DNA of 64,000 bases, taken from the NCBI GenBank assembly GCA_964016885.1, contig OZ024741.1, positions 309,194,001 to 309,258,000 of the forward strand, given 5' to 3'. This stretch comes from Eledone cirrhosa. Lineage: Eukaryota. This document shows positions 41,521 through 54,094 of this stretch, one piece after another. The position numbers and the translations under genes are program-made. Position 1 is the stretch's first letter; each line of letters opens with the position of its first letter. The notes under the pieces are model-generated. The model was not told the origin of the DNA. It ran no database searches and was given only the letters and a program-made list of their open reading frames with translations.

Positions 41521-41719
41521 ACAATCTCTTAACATGGAATAGCAGTCGGAGTGGGTAGACCCAGAAAAACCTAGGATGAGGTGATAAAAACTGAACTTGC
41601 TAACTTATACCTCTCTAAGACAATGTCACTGGATCAAGATCTTTGACGTTACGCAGTTATACAGAAGACCCGCCTTCCCTTACATATGAACTTAAACCTA
41701 CAGTCAGTAGGCACCTCTT

Positions 41720-42075
41720 AACCCAATACACCCCCCACTTCATCCTTCCACTTCCGTCCACACCACCCTTTCTCTGTAAAGTTATGTTGGTACCACAGAA
41801 TATCCAACCCACACTGTAAAGTTGTAGTGTAGGTGACACGACAAAAAGTACCCAGTCCACACTGTAAAGTGGTCGTGTAGGAGAAATGGTAAAAAGGCTC
41901 CCAGTCCACACTGTAAATGTGGTTGGTGTTAAGAAGGGCATCCAGCTGTAGAAAATCTGCCAGAAACAGTTCTATACGAACGAGACACGGTCACCCGACC
42001 AATCTTGCCTCAAGTGGGACAAACCCATCCAACCCATGCTAGCATGGAAGATGGACGTTAAACGATGATGTTGAT
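41720..42075 (+). mobile_element. RTE 3'-tail-derived repeat with tandem ccacactgtaaa units
   Basis: Matches 38915-39220 and the reverse complement of the LINE 3' UTR at 59630-59960; ends in ggacgttaaacgatgatg. Confidence 0.75.
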
Positions 42076-42177
42076 ATTCACACCATGTTAGTCTTAAGAC
42101 TTGGTTGTATTTTTAAAGAAGTTTGCTATTCATAGTCCACTGTATTATTATACATTTCACTGTCTATTTCATTACAG

Positions 42178-42286
42178 ACCACCATCCCAGTACCGTCACC
42201 TGTGGCAGGTGTCATTGAAGAATTTTTCGTCGCTGATGGTGAAAAAGTGGAAGCTGAACAGAAGTTGTTTAAAGTCAACCTTTCAG
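42178..42286 (+). CDS. DLST: DLST exon (TTIPVPSPVAGVIEEFFVADGEKVEAEQKLFKVNLS)
   Basis: ttacag| acceptor, |gtaagg donor; second half of the lipoyl domain. Confidence 0.95.
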
Positions 42287-43026
42287 GTAAGGCTCATATT
42301 CATATATGAATCATCATCATCATTTAACATCCATTTTTCTTTACTATATATACATATATTGATAGGAAGGGCATCCAACCATATTATATCATTGAGTAAG
42401 AGACGACCTAAACTGTACTGACTCTCTTCAACTAGTTCATAAACCAGTATTTATATATATCATTATCATCATCATCATCGTTTAACGTCTGCTCTCCCTT
42501 CTAGCATGGAAAGTCTATGAAGTATGCTATCACTATAGAGTAGCAGAGCATGAAAAAATCCTTGAAGTAGAAAAAAAGTAATTATCTGTAGAAGAATTTA
42601 ATAATATAACCAAGTTTCTCATTACCAAACTGGTATTTGGAGCATAATAAGTTTCTTACATAAAATTATGACGGAAGGGTTTTTTTTTTTCTTCTCCCAT
42701 TTTTTTTATAGGAGAGACATTCAGCCATAGATAAAACTGCCAATCAAAGAGTTGGGAGGTCTCTTCGGCTGTGTCAAAGAAACAACCCTCTCCTCTGGTG
42801 CTGGTGCCATGATAAAATGCACAGGGTGCATATGCAAGCGAGATGCAGGTCCCTGACCTGTTTGAACACTGAGTATATGTGCTGGTCTGTGACCACCCCA
42901 TGCAACCTTTGCTAGCAGGGAAAACGGAGATTAGATTATAATGACGATGACAACTATAATTTTTAGAATAAATAACTTTCATAAAGAGGAGTATTCATTT
43001 CATTAATTTGTTTTCTTATTTTACAG

Positions 43027-43277
43027 CTAGTGGAGCTGCACCAAGTGCTGCAGCAACAGCCCCACCACCAACACCTCCAGCAGCTGATGTCGCGCCTTCA
43101 CCACCACCTGCAGCAGCGGCTGCTGCTGGGCCTATACCCACCACTCCCCCACCTGTGACACCTCTTCCTTCAAAGCCAATGGCTACGACCCCACCGTCTA
43201 CTGTACAACTACCCCAGCATGCTGCTGCTGTTGCAAGTGGGGGTGGGGCAGCCCCATCTGCTAGGACTGAACAGCGG
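43027..43277 (+). CDS. DLST: DLST exon (Ala/Pro-rich linker ending RTEQR)
   Basis: ttacag| acceptor, |gtaatt donor; phase 1 in, phase 0 out. Confidence 0.92.
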
Positions 43278-43559
43278 GTAATTGGTTATTTTCCTCTTGT
43301 GTGTGTCTCTGTGTGTATGATTGCATACATATGTATTCATGTTTGTGTATGTGTGGAGTAGTTATATATATATGAATATATTTTTGTATGTACTCTTAGG
43401 TCTCGAATAATCGTCCCTACCCCTCCCACTTATTAAACTTTGCTAATCTATTGCCGTCAAAATTTTATTTTAAACAGTAACATTCCTGGGACAAATAATT
43501 TTATTTAAACATTAAAAAACATTATACATGACAGAGCAAGAAAGAGACAATCCATACAA

Positions 43560-44152
43560 TAGAAACACAACTCCCCACTTGCTCCCTCCAAAGAAGGCCA
43601 AGGTTGTTTCATCTGCAGGGAAGGTAATAGCTTCAGTGTTTTGAGATGCAAAAGGCATTGTGTTTATTGACCTTTTTTCAAAAGGGCCACACCATCAATG
43701 GAGAGTATTATGTCAATTTGCTGAAGTAGTAACAAAAGGGTATCAAGACCAAACACCCAGGAAAACTGATGAAAGAGTTCTTGTTTCGTCAAGAAAATGC
43801 TCCAGCACATATATCCTTGGTTTCAATGGCTGTTGTGCATGACTGTGAGTTTGAACTGGTTGATCACTCTCTCTATTCTCCTAATTTGACCTCATCTGAC
43901 TATCGTCTGTTCCCCAACATGAAAAAATACTTGGCTGGGAACCAGTATTGCAGTGATAATGTCATCATATCTACTGTTGATGACTTTTTGACCAAGGGGA
44001 TGAAAGCTTCTTCACCAATGGGATCCAAGTGCTGCAACACTGGAAGAAGTGTGTGGGCCGCAAGGGGCACTATGTTTAAAACTAAACCTCATTTGGTCAC
44101 ATTCCATGAGAGTATCTTTGTCAGCCTATGAACTTTTCAGCCAACCTTCATA
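43560..44152 (+). mobile_element. Mariner transposase 3' fragment with right TIR
   Basis: PPKKAKVVSSAGKVIASVF*DAKG, QENAPAH, HSLYSPNLTSSDYRLFP; terminal gtcagcctatgaacttttcagccaacc. Confidence 0.92.
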
Positions 44153-44575
44153 TATCACACCTGCTGTACTATGTTACACTACATCACACCCACCACACCA
44201 TGTTACTCTCTGCTTAGTATCACCCACTTCATGTTACATTGTTTAGTATCACTCAATACAAGCAAATGAGGTTGCTCAATGAACTTGAAATAGCAGCCAT
44301 ATTCCCCTCAACTCACACCCACTGTCACATTGGATAATGTAGTCCTGGATTTCTTTTATATAAAAAGACGAGATGGTCACGTCAGGAATGACTGATTAGG
44401 CATTTGCCCGATCAGAGCTGACCTAGGGTTGAACAGTATCAACTGCTACTCAACTCAAAACAAGATATAAAATGAAAGATAACTCTTCTATTTCCACCAC
44501 TAAATCACTTGTTATTTCCCTTGAATCAAATGACAAGTTAGTTATCTCCCTTATATTCAACTTTTAACTTCTTTT

Positions 44576-44890
44576 ACTCTCGGGTCGCGTATAATTCCCC
44601 CTATCGCTAATTAAATTTTGCTACTCTGTCTCCGGCGAAATTTTATTTTAAGTGGTAGCATTCCTGCGACAATTAATTTTCTTTATACATTAAAGAACAT
44701 TATGCAAGACAAAAAATGTATATTACTAGAAATCCCATATGTTATAAAATAAATAGGATGGGTTTCAGGTCTCAATATGTAAACTAAATGACTAATTCTG
44801 GCTTTTTTAAAAATTACGACTTTCCAGCTCCAGCCCCCTTTCCCCGCTTATTCCAACAACACCCCTTATTATTAGGGACCTGAGAGCATA
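44576..44890. mobile_element. TA-flanked MITE (Tc1/pogo-like); partial copies at ~43391-43535, ~48650-48682 and ~54740-54889
   Basis: Termini tactctcgggtc... / ...gacctgagagcata; internal gtggtagcattcctg...aattaattttcttta shared among copies. Confidence 0.65.
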
Positions 44891-45157
44891 TATGATTTTT
44901 TTACATCGAGGTGGAGGTAGTGATTGACAGATCGTTAGATCAGTGGTGAAAAGGCTTTGCGGTATTCAATTACATTCCTGGAATACTCAGTCACTCACAT
45001 TATAATGCAATAGATTGTTGTTTAGCCACAGGCCAACTTTGTTTGTGCAGACCTTGTGTGAATAGAACCATATCTACAATCATCATCACCATTTAACGCC
45101 ACTGAATTCTGTTTTTATTCATCATTGTATCTCTCTTTTTCTTCTGAACTATTCAAG

Positions 45158-45255
45158 GTAAAAATGAATCGCATGCGTCAAAAGATTGCTCAACGCCTTA
45201 AAGATGCACAAAACACATGTGCAATGCTGACTACCTTTAATGAGATTGACATGAG
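45158..45255 (+). CDS. DLST: DLST exon ([32 protein letters not shown])
   Basis: ttcaag| acceptor, |gtaagt donor; conserved start of the catalytic domain. Confidence 0.97.
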
Positions 45256-46099
45256 GTAAGTTTATTTCATTCAACTATTGCATTTATTGCACATGCATCA
45301 AATATTGCTGTGTGCTTAATAAGTTTTCTACATAACTATAGTTTTTAGTTCAATTTCCACCTTGGAAAAACACCTAACACTTTGGGTTGACCCAAACTAT
45401 GTGAGTGAAATTGTGTAGAAAAAACTGGGGAAGTCTGTAGCACAGACTGTACTTCTTCTTTGGTGAAATACTTCATCCATTACTTAGTTTAACACTGCCA
45501 ATTTTCTTTTTCTTTAATGCTTAATCAGAGAAAATAAGGCAGTGACATGATCCTTTATTGTCTGAACTCCTTCAGGACTGGTAGGAGAAAAGGACAAAGT
45601 TATCTTCAAACCAGTGACCTCGCCTGAATGCTTGGCTATTCCATCTATATACACGTAAAATATATACGTATATTTATATATATATATGTGAGTGCATAAA
45701 ACACAAACATGTGCATATGTGCTGGACTCCATTGGTTCAGATAATGAGTGTTTCAAGCATTTGATCAACAGAACAGCCTGCTTATGAAATTAACATGTGA
45801 GTGGCTGAACATTCCACAGATGTGGGAACCCTTAATGTAATTCTCTGAGATTCAGCATGATGCAGTGTGTGACAAGGTCTACCCTTTAAATTGTAGGCAC
45901 AACTAAATTTTTCTAACTAAGTGGACTTGGGCAATGTAAAATATAGTTCTTGCTCAAGGATACAACACACTGATGGAAATCAAACTCATGACCTTACAGT
46001 CATTAGCTGGACACCATAACCACTAAGCCACATGCTTTCACATATGGGAATACACACACACATACATATATATACATAGGAATGGAGTAGAAAAAAGTT

Positions 46100-46330
46100 T
46101 CTGCATGTTATGCGACGTGAGGACCAAAGGCGTGAGGAGTTCAGGATCGCAAGGCAATGTCAGGGAAAATCGTGATGTTGGGGAGAAGTGTATCTGAGAT
46201 GACAATAGTGCACTTGCCCTCACTGATGCTGAAAAAGAAGGCAGAATGGAAGTGACATTATGAAAGACTGATGAATGAGGAGAATACGTTGGGAGGAAGA
46301 TAGCCCACCCCAAGTGTACCCAACAAAGGC
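46100..46330 (+). mobile_element. RTE LINE internal fragment
   Basis: DQRREEFRIARQ..ENRDVGEKCI*DDNSALALTD..HYERLMNEEN; same family as 62400-62730 (-). Confidence 0.75.
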
Positions 46331-46371
46331 AACATGCACACAAACAATTGAACATTCCTTTTCTGTTGCAG

Positions 46372-46570
46372 GAATATGATGGATCTGAGGAAGCAGTACA
46401 AAGATGCTTTCTTGAAGAAACACAACCTTAAACTTGGCTTCATGTCAGCATTTGTGAAGGCCACAGCATTTGCCTTGCATGATCAACCCATTGTCAATGC
46501 TGTGATTGAAGACAAAGAAATTGTCTACCGTGACTACATAGACATCAGTGTTGCCGTGGCTACACCTAAG
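46372..46570 (+). CDS. DLST: DLST exon ([30 protein letters not shown]...[15 protein letters not shown])
   Basis: ttgcag| acceptor; ends AAG|GCTAGT (probable GC donor). Confidence 0.93.
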
Positions 46571-47739
46571 GCTAGTATTAATTTGGACAAATATTAAAAT
46601 TATTTTCGTTCATTTTCTTTTCAAATATTTTTGTCAAAATTTCTTTTCTTAATTTTCATAAACATTTTTTCAAAGCAATTTGGAAGAACATTTTTGAAAT
46701 ACATTTATATATATATACGTATGCATTCATATAACTTTGTTTCTGAGATATTTCTGTGTATGTGTGTGTGTACAAGTATCAAAGTGGCAGAGTCATTAGA
46801 CGGTTGTCTAGAATACTTTACAGTATCCAGTTCTTTGCGCTCTGAGTTCAATTTCTGCTCAGGTCAAGTTTGCCTTTGATCCTTTTGGGGTTGATAAAAA
46901 CAGTAGTGAGTTTTTCTTCTATATTCTTTTTCACACTTCTCTCTCTTTCTCTCTGGGAGAAATTGGCTGTGCTCGACCTGGAGAAAGACTGTCTCAGCCA
47001 AGTTTGTAACAATGGCTCTCCTTCAAGAAATGTTTGTGACTGAGTGTCTCTTTTCCTATATGTGTTTCATTTGTTTCTAATACATTTGTCTGTGTATCTG
47101 TGTGTGAATGTGTCTGTAGTCTTTGTTTCTAATGTATGTATTAGGACAGAACTATTACTTTGATTTTATTGAGCTTTACATACAAATACATGCATACACT
47201 TATACATACACACACACACATTCACACAGATGATGACAAAAAACAACAACCTCTCTAATGTTGATGCCATGATAAAATGCACCCAGCACACTCTGTAGAG
47301 TGGCTGCTGATAGGAAGGCCATCCAAACATAGAAAATTTGCCAAACAAGGCATTTGAGTTATGTCAAAAACATGACAGCTTCCCTAGTACTGCTACTCTG
47401 ATAAGACACACCCAATGCACTCTATAGAGCATAGGAACATGTAAGCAAGATGGACTCCCCACCTGCCTAAGACTGGTCTGTGATGACCCATCCAACACTT
47501 TCTAACAGGGAAAACAGACATTAAATGATGATGATGATGATGATGGTGATGATGGTCACCCACCTCTCAAAATGCACAAATGTACAAACACCCACACACA
47601 TATGCATACATATTTACACACATAGAAACCCATAGACACTCACAAATGCATGTACATATATTCAAATACACAAAGACATAATCAAGAACCAATAGAATTA
47701 TTCTGGTCCTTAACCTGTATTGTGCTATTATTTCTCTAG

Positions 47740-47823
47740 GGCTTAGTTGTCCCTGTCATTAGAAATGTTGAGAATATGAATTATGCAGTAATTGAAAAGA
47801 CAATACATGGATTAGGAGAAAAG
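47740..47823 (+). CDS. DLST: DLST exon ([28 protein letters not shown])
   Basis: ctctag| acceptor, |gtttgt donor; GLVVPVIRN motif. Confidence 0.95.
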
Positions 47824-47866
47824 GTTTGTATTACAGCTTTTTCAAATTTCTTGTTTTCTTTCTTAA

Positions 47867-48064
47867 CCCTTAAGCATTTACATTACGCTATATTTACTAT
47901 TGTATTTTTACAGTAAAGGTTTTATCTCACAAAATATCGAATCTGTGAGATTTTGATATTATTTATTTTGAGAACAATACCTTAACATCAGTATGAGTGG
48001 CGAGTTTGAACAGAAAGAAATGAAAGAATTCTGGCCGGATATGGCTGGTTTAAATGCTAAAGGG
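47867..48064. mobile_element. TTAA-flanked piggyBac-type MITE
   Basis: ttaa|cccttaagcattta ... taaatgctaaaggg|ttaa. Confidence 0.88.
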
Positions 48065-49438
48065 TTAATCTCTCATAGCCTCCCCTTCCTCTCTCTCTCT
48101 TCCAGTCTGTTTTCTCCCTTACTCTCTCATTGGTTAACCCACCTGAAACTGCCTATTTTAAAGTGCGCATAATTATATCAAAACCTTGCACCATAATTTT
48201 ATGCAAGAAACATTTCTTAAGTAATTATCCAATCACCAGCCTACTAATGAAAAAGTTAGTTATTTTACTAAATTTTAAAAACTTTTTATTCATTTTGAAA
48301 TTTTGAAATTAATTGAAACACATTCTCAATGTATTTCAATAGAAATATGGTAACGAAGGAGATAAGGTCCTAAAGCTTTTTGGGTTTTTTTTTTTTTCAT
48401 TTCAAATATCTTAAAATAATATTGTTATTATCACGTCTTATGACTGGGTGTTTGGATTGGATTATCCACTCTCCTGATAATAATAACAGGTAGTATTTCC
48501 ATTTTCAAAGCCTACCATTAGCTTCTGTCAGGCCAAGCACCATGAAACAACAGTTTTTTTCTATGCTAGAAAGCATAAAAAATTCTGCAAGTCAGAGGTA
48601 TCAACTGACATAAAATATTGACTTGTACTCTGGGATCTTAATCCTGAAAAATTAATAAGTGATTATTCGAGACCCGAGAGTATGAAATCTGATGATATTG
48701 CTTTAACTTTTTCATTACTATATTTTCATTGAAATACACTGCCTGATTTTCAAATAATTTTGAAAATAATGAATTTAGTAATATAACTAACTTTCTCATT
48801 ATTAAAATGGTTTTTGGAGTATAACTTAACAATGGTTCTTATGTAAAATTATGATGAAAGGTTTTTAGAAAAATATAAATACTTCAAAATAAACAACTTT
48901 GTATCATAGAACCAGAGGCAGTTTCATGCAGTTTGGCATCAAAAAAGGTTAATTTGGTTTTTTAACTTATGTAAAAAATTAGCAGAGTCATTAGAGTGAG
49001 GGACAAATAGATTCCTTGTGGTATTTGTTCCAGATCTATGCATTTTGTGTTGAAATCCGTTGAAATCCTACTGTGACTTTCATGAATGGTAGATTTAATC
49101 TGTTGCCTGTCACCATCTGACTCTTGGGTGCCTTTAGTGGAGCCCCCTCTGTTGCAAGCATTTTGCAAGTCCTCAGTTTAAGGATAGTTCTCTTCCTTTC
49201 TCCGTCCTTTTCACTAGTTTCAGAAACCTTGAAAAGGGTCATGAGCTATACACTTCCCTTCATGAATAAAATATATAATTAAATAAATATTTATTTTAAA
49301 AAAAAGGGTTTAGCCAAATATTTCAATTTTAATTTGTTTATTTTTAATTTTTTTTTTTTTTTTTTTTTTTTTTCAAATTCTTTTAACTGCTTTTTTAAAC
49401 AGTAATATGTATTTAATTGTCTCTTGTTTCACATCTAG

Positions 49439-49606
49439 GCTCGACTTGGCAACTTGGCAATTGAAGACATGGATGGTGGTACTTTTACCATCAGCAATGG
49501 TGGCGTCTTTGGATCCATGTTTGGCACCCCGATCATTAACCCTCCACAGTCTGCTATCCTAGGCATGCATGCCATCATTGACCGACCTGTTGCCATAAAT
49601 GGAAAG
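49439..49606 (+). CDS. DLST: DLST exon ([44 protein letters not shown]...GK)
   Basis: tctag| acceptor, |gtatgt donor; [10 protein letters not shown] and PIINPPQ motifs. Confidence 0.97.
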
Positions 49607-50674
49607 GTATGTACATTCACCTCTTATGTCTCCTAAACACACACACACACACAATTGAATCTATATGCACATACACTCACAAACATACAGAAGTATCAGA
49701 CAGCAGCATGTAGTGTTCAAGTTCTTGGTGGATTGAACTACACTAAAAAACTTTCCCAATGAAGGGCCAAAAGGATTATTCAATTGTGTAAAAAACAGGA
49801 CAACCTCTCTAGTGCTGGTGCCACAATAATATGCACCCAAGTACAGCAAGTATGGGAACGTATGTAATCAAGTTGCTCCCCACCCCTTCCCCTATCCATC
49901 TTGGAGGTCAGTGACTCTGGCTAAATACTGATTTGGTCTGTGATAACCTGTCCAATTCTTGCTAGCAGCGAAAACATTACATTAGATGATGACGATGTTA
50001 AATAAACCCATGATCTCAGGTTTAAACACTGGTATTAAATTCTTCACAGGAAGCTAGTGTCCTTTGAAAGGGCTTAAACATCACAACTTACACATTTCTT
50101 CTCTCAGAAGAAGCTACAAACATATGTGTGTTAAGTATTTATACATTATTATTTTTATACCAAATTTTTACATATATTTTTACATATATTTTTACATATA
50201 TATATATGTGTGTGTGTGTGTCTGTGTTGGTGATAGGAAGGACATTCAGCCATAAAAAAAATTGCCAAACAAAGGACATGACAACCTCCCAAGTGTTGGG
50301 GTCTTCACAATTAAATGCACCCAGTACTCACTGTAAGATGGTTGGTGTTAGGAAGGGCATCCAACCATAGAAAACTTGCCAAACAAGAAGTTAGGAGGAC
50401 CATCCAGTTGTGTTGGAAACATGACAGCCTCTCTGGTGCTAGTGTCATGATAGAATGCACTTGAGAGAACATGGAAACATATGTAAGCAAGATGCGATCC
50501 TCCAGCCTGTCTGGGAGGTCAGCTGCCATGCTTCAGTACAGACATGGTCTATGAAGACCTGCCAAAACCTTGCTAGCTGGGAAAGTGGATGGTAAATGAT
50601 GATATGTATGTTTGTATGTACACAAACACATGCATATTTCCTATATATATAATGATATTTTGTTTATTTTTCAG

Positions 50675-50809
50675 GTGGAAATATGCCCAATGATGTATGT
50701 GGCATTGACCTACGACCATCGGCTGATTGATGGTAGAGAAGCTGTACTCTTCCTACGAAAGATCAAGCAGGCTGTCGAAGACCCAAGAGTTCTACTGTTA
50801 GATCTTTAA
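50675..50809 (+). CDS. DLST: DLST last coding exon ([24 protein letters not shown]...LLLDL*)
   Basis: tttcag| acceptor; catalytic DHRLIDG (His at 50717-50719); TAA stop. Confidence 0.97.
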   Translation: MEICPMMYVALTYDHRLIDGREAVLFLRKIKQAVEDPRVLLLDL

Positions 50810-50893
50810 CCCTTGCTCCCTAATATCTAAGTCAAATTTTTTAACTAAAACCAAAATATAAAAAAACTAAATGTGGCCTATATATGGGTATAT

Positions 50894-50943
<50 letters not shown>

Positions 50944-50981
50944 ATATATATGTGTATGTATGTGTATGTATATATATATAT

Positions 50982-51272
50982 TATATAGTAATAATAAATG
51001 TGAAGGCTAAAATCCGAAGAGAGCTCAATAAGTATATATAAACCCGTAGAGCAAATATTTATTATAAGAACGGATTAAAGTTTAAGCAAAGTGTCACTGC
51101 TTTCACCCTTAACAGAGTTTCAGAAGATCCCGTTAAAGGTGAAAGCAACGATTCTTTGCTTAAACTTTAATCTGTTCTTATAATAAATATTTGCTCTACA
51201 GGTTTATATATATATATAATCCTTATTGACCCCTCTTTGGATTTTAGTTTTCACATTTATTATTACTATATA
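50982..51272. repeat. ~290-bp imperfect palindrome just downstream of the DLST stop
   Basis: tatagtaataataaatgtgaaggctaaaatcc...tttcacccttaac pairs with gttaaaggtgaaa...ggattttagttttcacatttattattactata; short loop at ~51114-51131. Confidence 0.92.
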
Positions 51273-51453
51273 TATATGTATCACATGCACACACACACAT
51301 ATAAATATATATGCACCTATCCTCTTGCACAGGAGGTTGGATATGAAAAAAAAAAAAAAAAAAAAAAAGCGAATAAAAAATAAAACTGTAAAACTGTGGG
51401 TGACTGGAATATCAGCGGAATTGATAATCATAGATTAGACACACACATGCACG

Positions 51454-51511
<58 letters not shown>

Positions 51512-51644
51512 TACATCTGCACTTCTATAATTTTTGTTTTCTACTTCCTCTGTGCATGTTCTGTAATTCTATATTTAGAAGTTTGTTTAGGTTGATGATG
51601 ATGATAATTCATTATTATTATTATTATTTGATAGTGTCATTTTA

Positions 51645-53240
51645 CTCGGGTGATGGATTGGCAAGATTGTTAGAGCATAGCCCTGCAGTATTTAGTTACA
51701 ACCGTTTACATTCTGATTTCAAATCCTGCCACAGTCAACTTTGCCTTTCATCCTTCCGGGGTCAATGAAATAAAGTACCAGTGAAATACTGGGGTCGACT
51801 ATACCGACTGTTTTGTTCCCCAAATTTATGGCCTTGCGCCTTTCTTAGAAATGTTTTATTTATTTATTTATTATTATTATTATTTAAAAAAAACAACAAC
51901 CGTGCATTAGCAGAATTGCTAGTGTCAAACAATGCTTTATGGCATTTGTTCTGGCTCTTTATGTTCTGAGTTCAAATCCTACCATGGAATTCTGCTTTTC
52001 ATCCTTCTAGGGTCGATAAAATAAAGTATCATGTCCTACAAATTGCTGGCCTTGTGCCTAAATTAGAAGCCATTATTAATAGTGTTGGATAGCAAAAACC
52101 ATTGCTGGTACCTAGTGTAGTGTCTAGTGGTATTTAGCTGAATTGATTTACATTCTGAGTTCAAATTTTGCCAGAGTTGACATTATGTTTCATTATTCTT
52201 GTAGGGGAAGTGGTGCAATACAATAACTACAAGTAATATTCTCATAGTGGCTTCAGTATACACCTTACCTCCTTCCCACCCCAAAGTCTATTGACCTGTG
52301 CCAATGTTAGGAAGCATTTATTATTATTATTGTGAAGGGTGGGGTATTGGTAGAATTGATAGAGTGCCAGACAATATTCTTTGCAGCATAGAGTTACATA
52401 CATTCCTTTATATTCTGAATTGAAATCCCATTGAGGTTAACTTTGCCATGCATCCTTACAGTGTCAATAAAATTAAGTACCAGTAATGCACTGTAGTCGA
52501 TTTAATCAACTTTCTCCTACCCCACCAAAATTGCCGGCCTTGTGCCTAAATCAGAAACCATTATTAGTGTGAAGAGTTGGGGGGTTGGTAGAGTGTCAGA
52601 CAACATTCTTTGAAGCATAGAGTTACATACAACCCTTTACATTCTGAGTTCAAATCCTGTTGAGGTTAACTTTGCCTTGCATTCTTAAAATAAAGTACGA
52701 GTAATGCACTGGGGTCGATTTAATCAACTTTCCCCTACCCTCCAAAATTGGTGGCCATGTGCCTAAATCAGAAACCATTATTATTATTATTTTATGACGA
52801 GCACTACAAAGCATGAAGCTAACTGCAGATGATCTGTTTCTTCCAGTTTACATTACTTGCACCACTATTGTCCTTGAGAGAAAGGCCTGAACATCACACT
52901 ATCTCATTGCTTCCCACTTCTATAAAATTTGAGGCCCTCTGCTTAAGAAATTATTATTTGTAATACTTGGCCTAATGAAAAGAAATATTATTATTGTTGT
53001 TGTTTTTGTTGTTGTTGTTGCTCTTATTATTTAGCAGGTTCAGGGGTCGATAAAATAAAATACCAGTTACTTACTAGGGTCGATATAATCATCTGTTTCC
53101 CTTCTTGGAAATGTCTAGCTTTGAGTTATTGTAAGAAATCATTATTAGGGCAGTGGATTATTAGAGTTGTTAGATAGTCTGACAAATTACGTTCTGGTGT
53201 TTAATTACATACCTTAAAATTCTGAGTTCAAATCCTGGAG
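51645..53240 (+). mobile_element. Head-to-tail cluster of ~7 Nin/Deu-like SINE copies
   Basis: Repeated ttctgagttcaaatcc...aactttgcc...aagtaccagt...gtgcctaaat units separated by (ATT)n tails. Confidence 0.85.
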
Positions 53241-53294
53241 AGGACAGAAATGAGAATAGCTCAGTAGATGAGTGGAGTATCATGGAGTATTTTC

Positions 53295-53812
53295 AAATCT
53301 ATGAGATTTTGATGACATTGTTTATTTTGAGAATGATATGGATGCACATGGCTTAGTGGTTAGAGCATTGGCCTTGCAATCAAAAAGTTGTGAGTTCAAT
53401 TCTCAGACTGGGTGATGTGTTGTTTCCTTGAGCAAGACACTTTATTTCACATTGCTCCAGTTTACTCAGCTGTAGAAATGAGATGATAGGACTGGGTTCC
53501 CTATCATTCCACTGGAGGTGCCACGGCAAAAGAACACCCAGCCCACACTGTAACATGGACGTGAAGGCGCTACGGGAAAAAAAGCACCCAGCACTCACTG
53601 TAAAATGAGGTTGGTGTTAGGAAGGGCATCCAGCTGTAGAAATCAAGCCAGAATCAGTTCCCATCCCACCCTTGCAAGCAGGGAAAAGCGGACATAAAAT
53701 GATGATGATGATGATACCTTAATGCTGGTATGACCAGCTGGTTTTGGTGAGTTTGAACAGAAAAAAATGGATAGAATTTTGGCTGAATATGGCCAGTTTA
53801 AATGCTAAAGGG
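53295..53812. mobile_element. Partial TTAA MITE interrupted by a SINE
   Basis: gagattttgat..ttttgagaa..gata | SINE | gataccttaa...taaatgctaaaggg|ttaa. Confidence 0.7.
53340..53713 (+). mobile_element. tRNA-headed SINE with RTE-derived 3' tail
   Basis: A/B-box-like tggcttagtgg and gagttcaattc; middle ccttgagcaagacactttatttcac; tail ggaagggcatccagctgtagaaa...gcggacataaaatgatgatgatg. Confidence 0.85.
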
Positions 53813-54094
53813 TTAATTTATAAAGTGTATTAACCCTTTAAACATGCTTTAATAATTGGATTAAGAATGTAAAAATAAAGCATTTTCTTATAACAACATT
53901 ACATTTCATATAACAGCTAAGCAAGCAAGCAATTATCTTGTGTAGTCATAATTTTAAAGTGCATTTATAATTCAAAGCATTGATTCAAAATTCTACCTAC
54001 ACCAGATTCAATTGATAACCATCAAATGTGACAGATCAATTGATAGAGTACAAGAACAAGCTATCAATTTTCATAGGAAGTTATATGTAAATGT

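Noticed and set aside
49020-49260. Intronic snoRNA candidate in DLST
   Set aside because: Unique island, but no clear C/D boxes or H/ACA double hairpin.
53340-53410. tRNA genes (also ~21913 and ~59225-59270)
   Set aside because: A/B-box-like motifs only, with no complete cloverleaf; they are SINE heads or decayed remnants.
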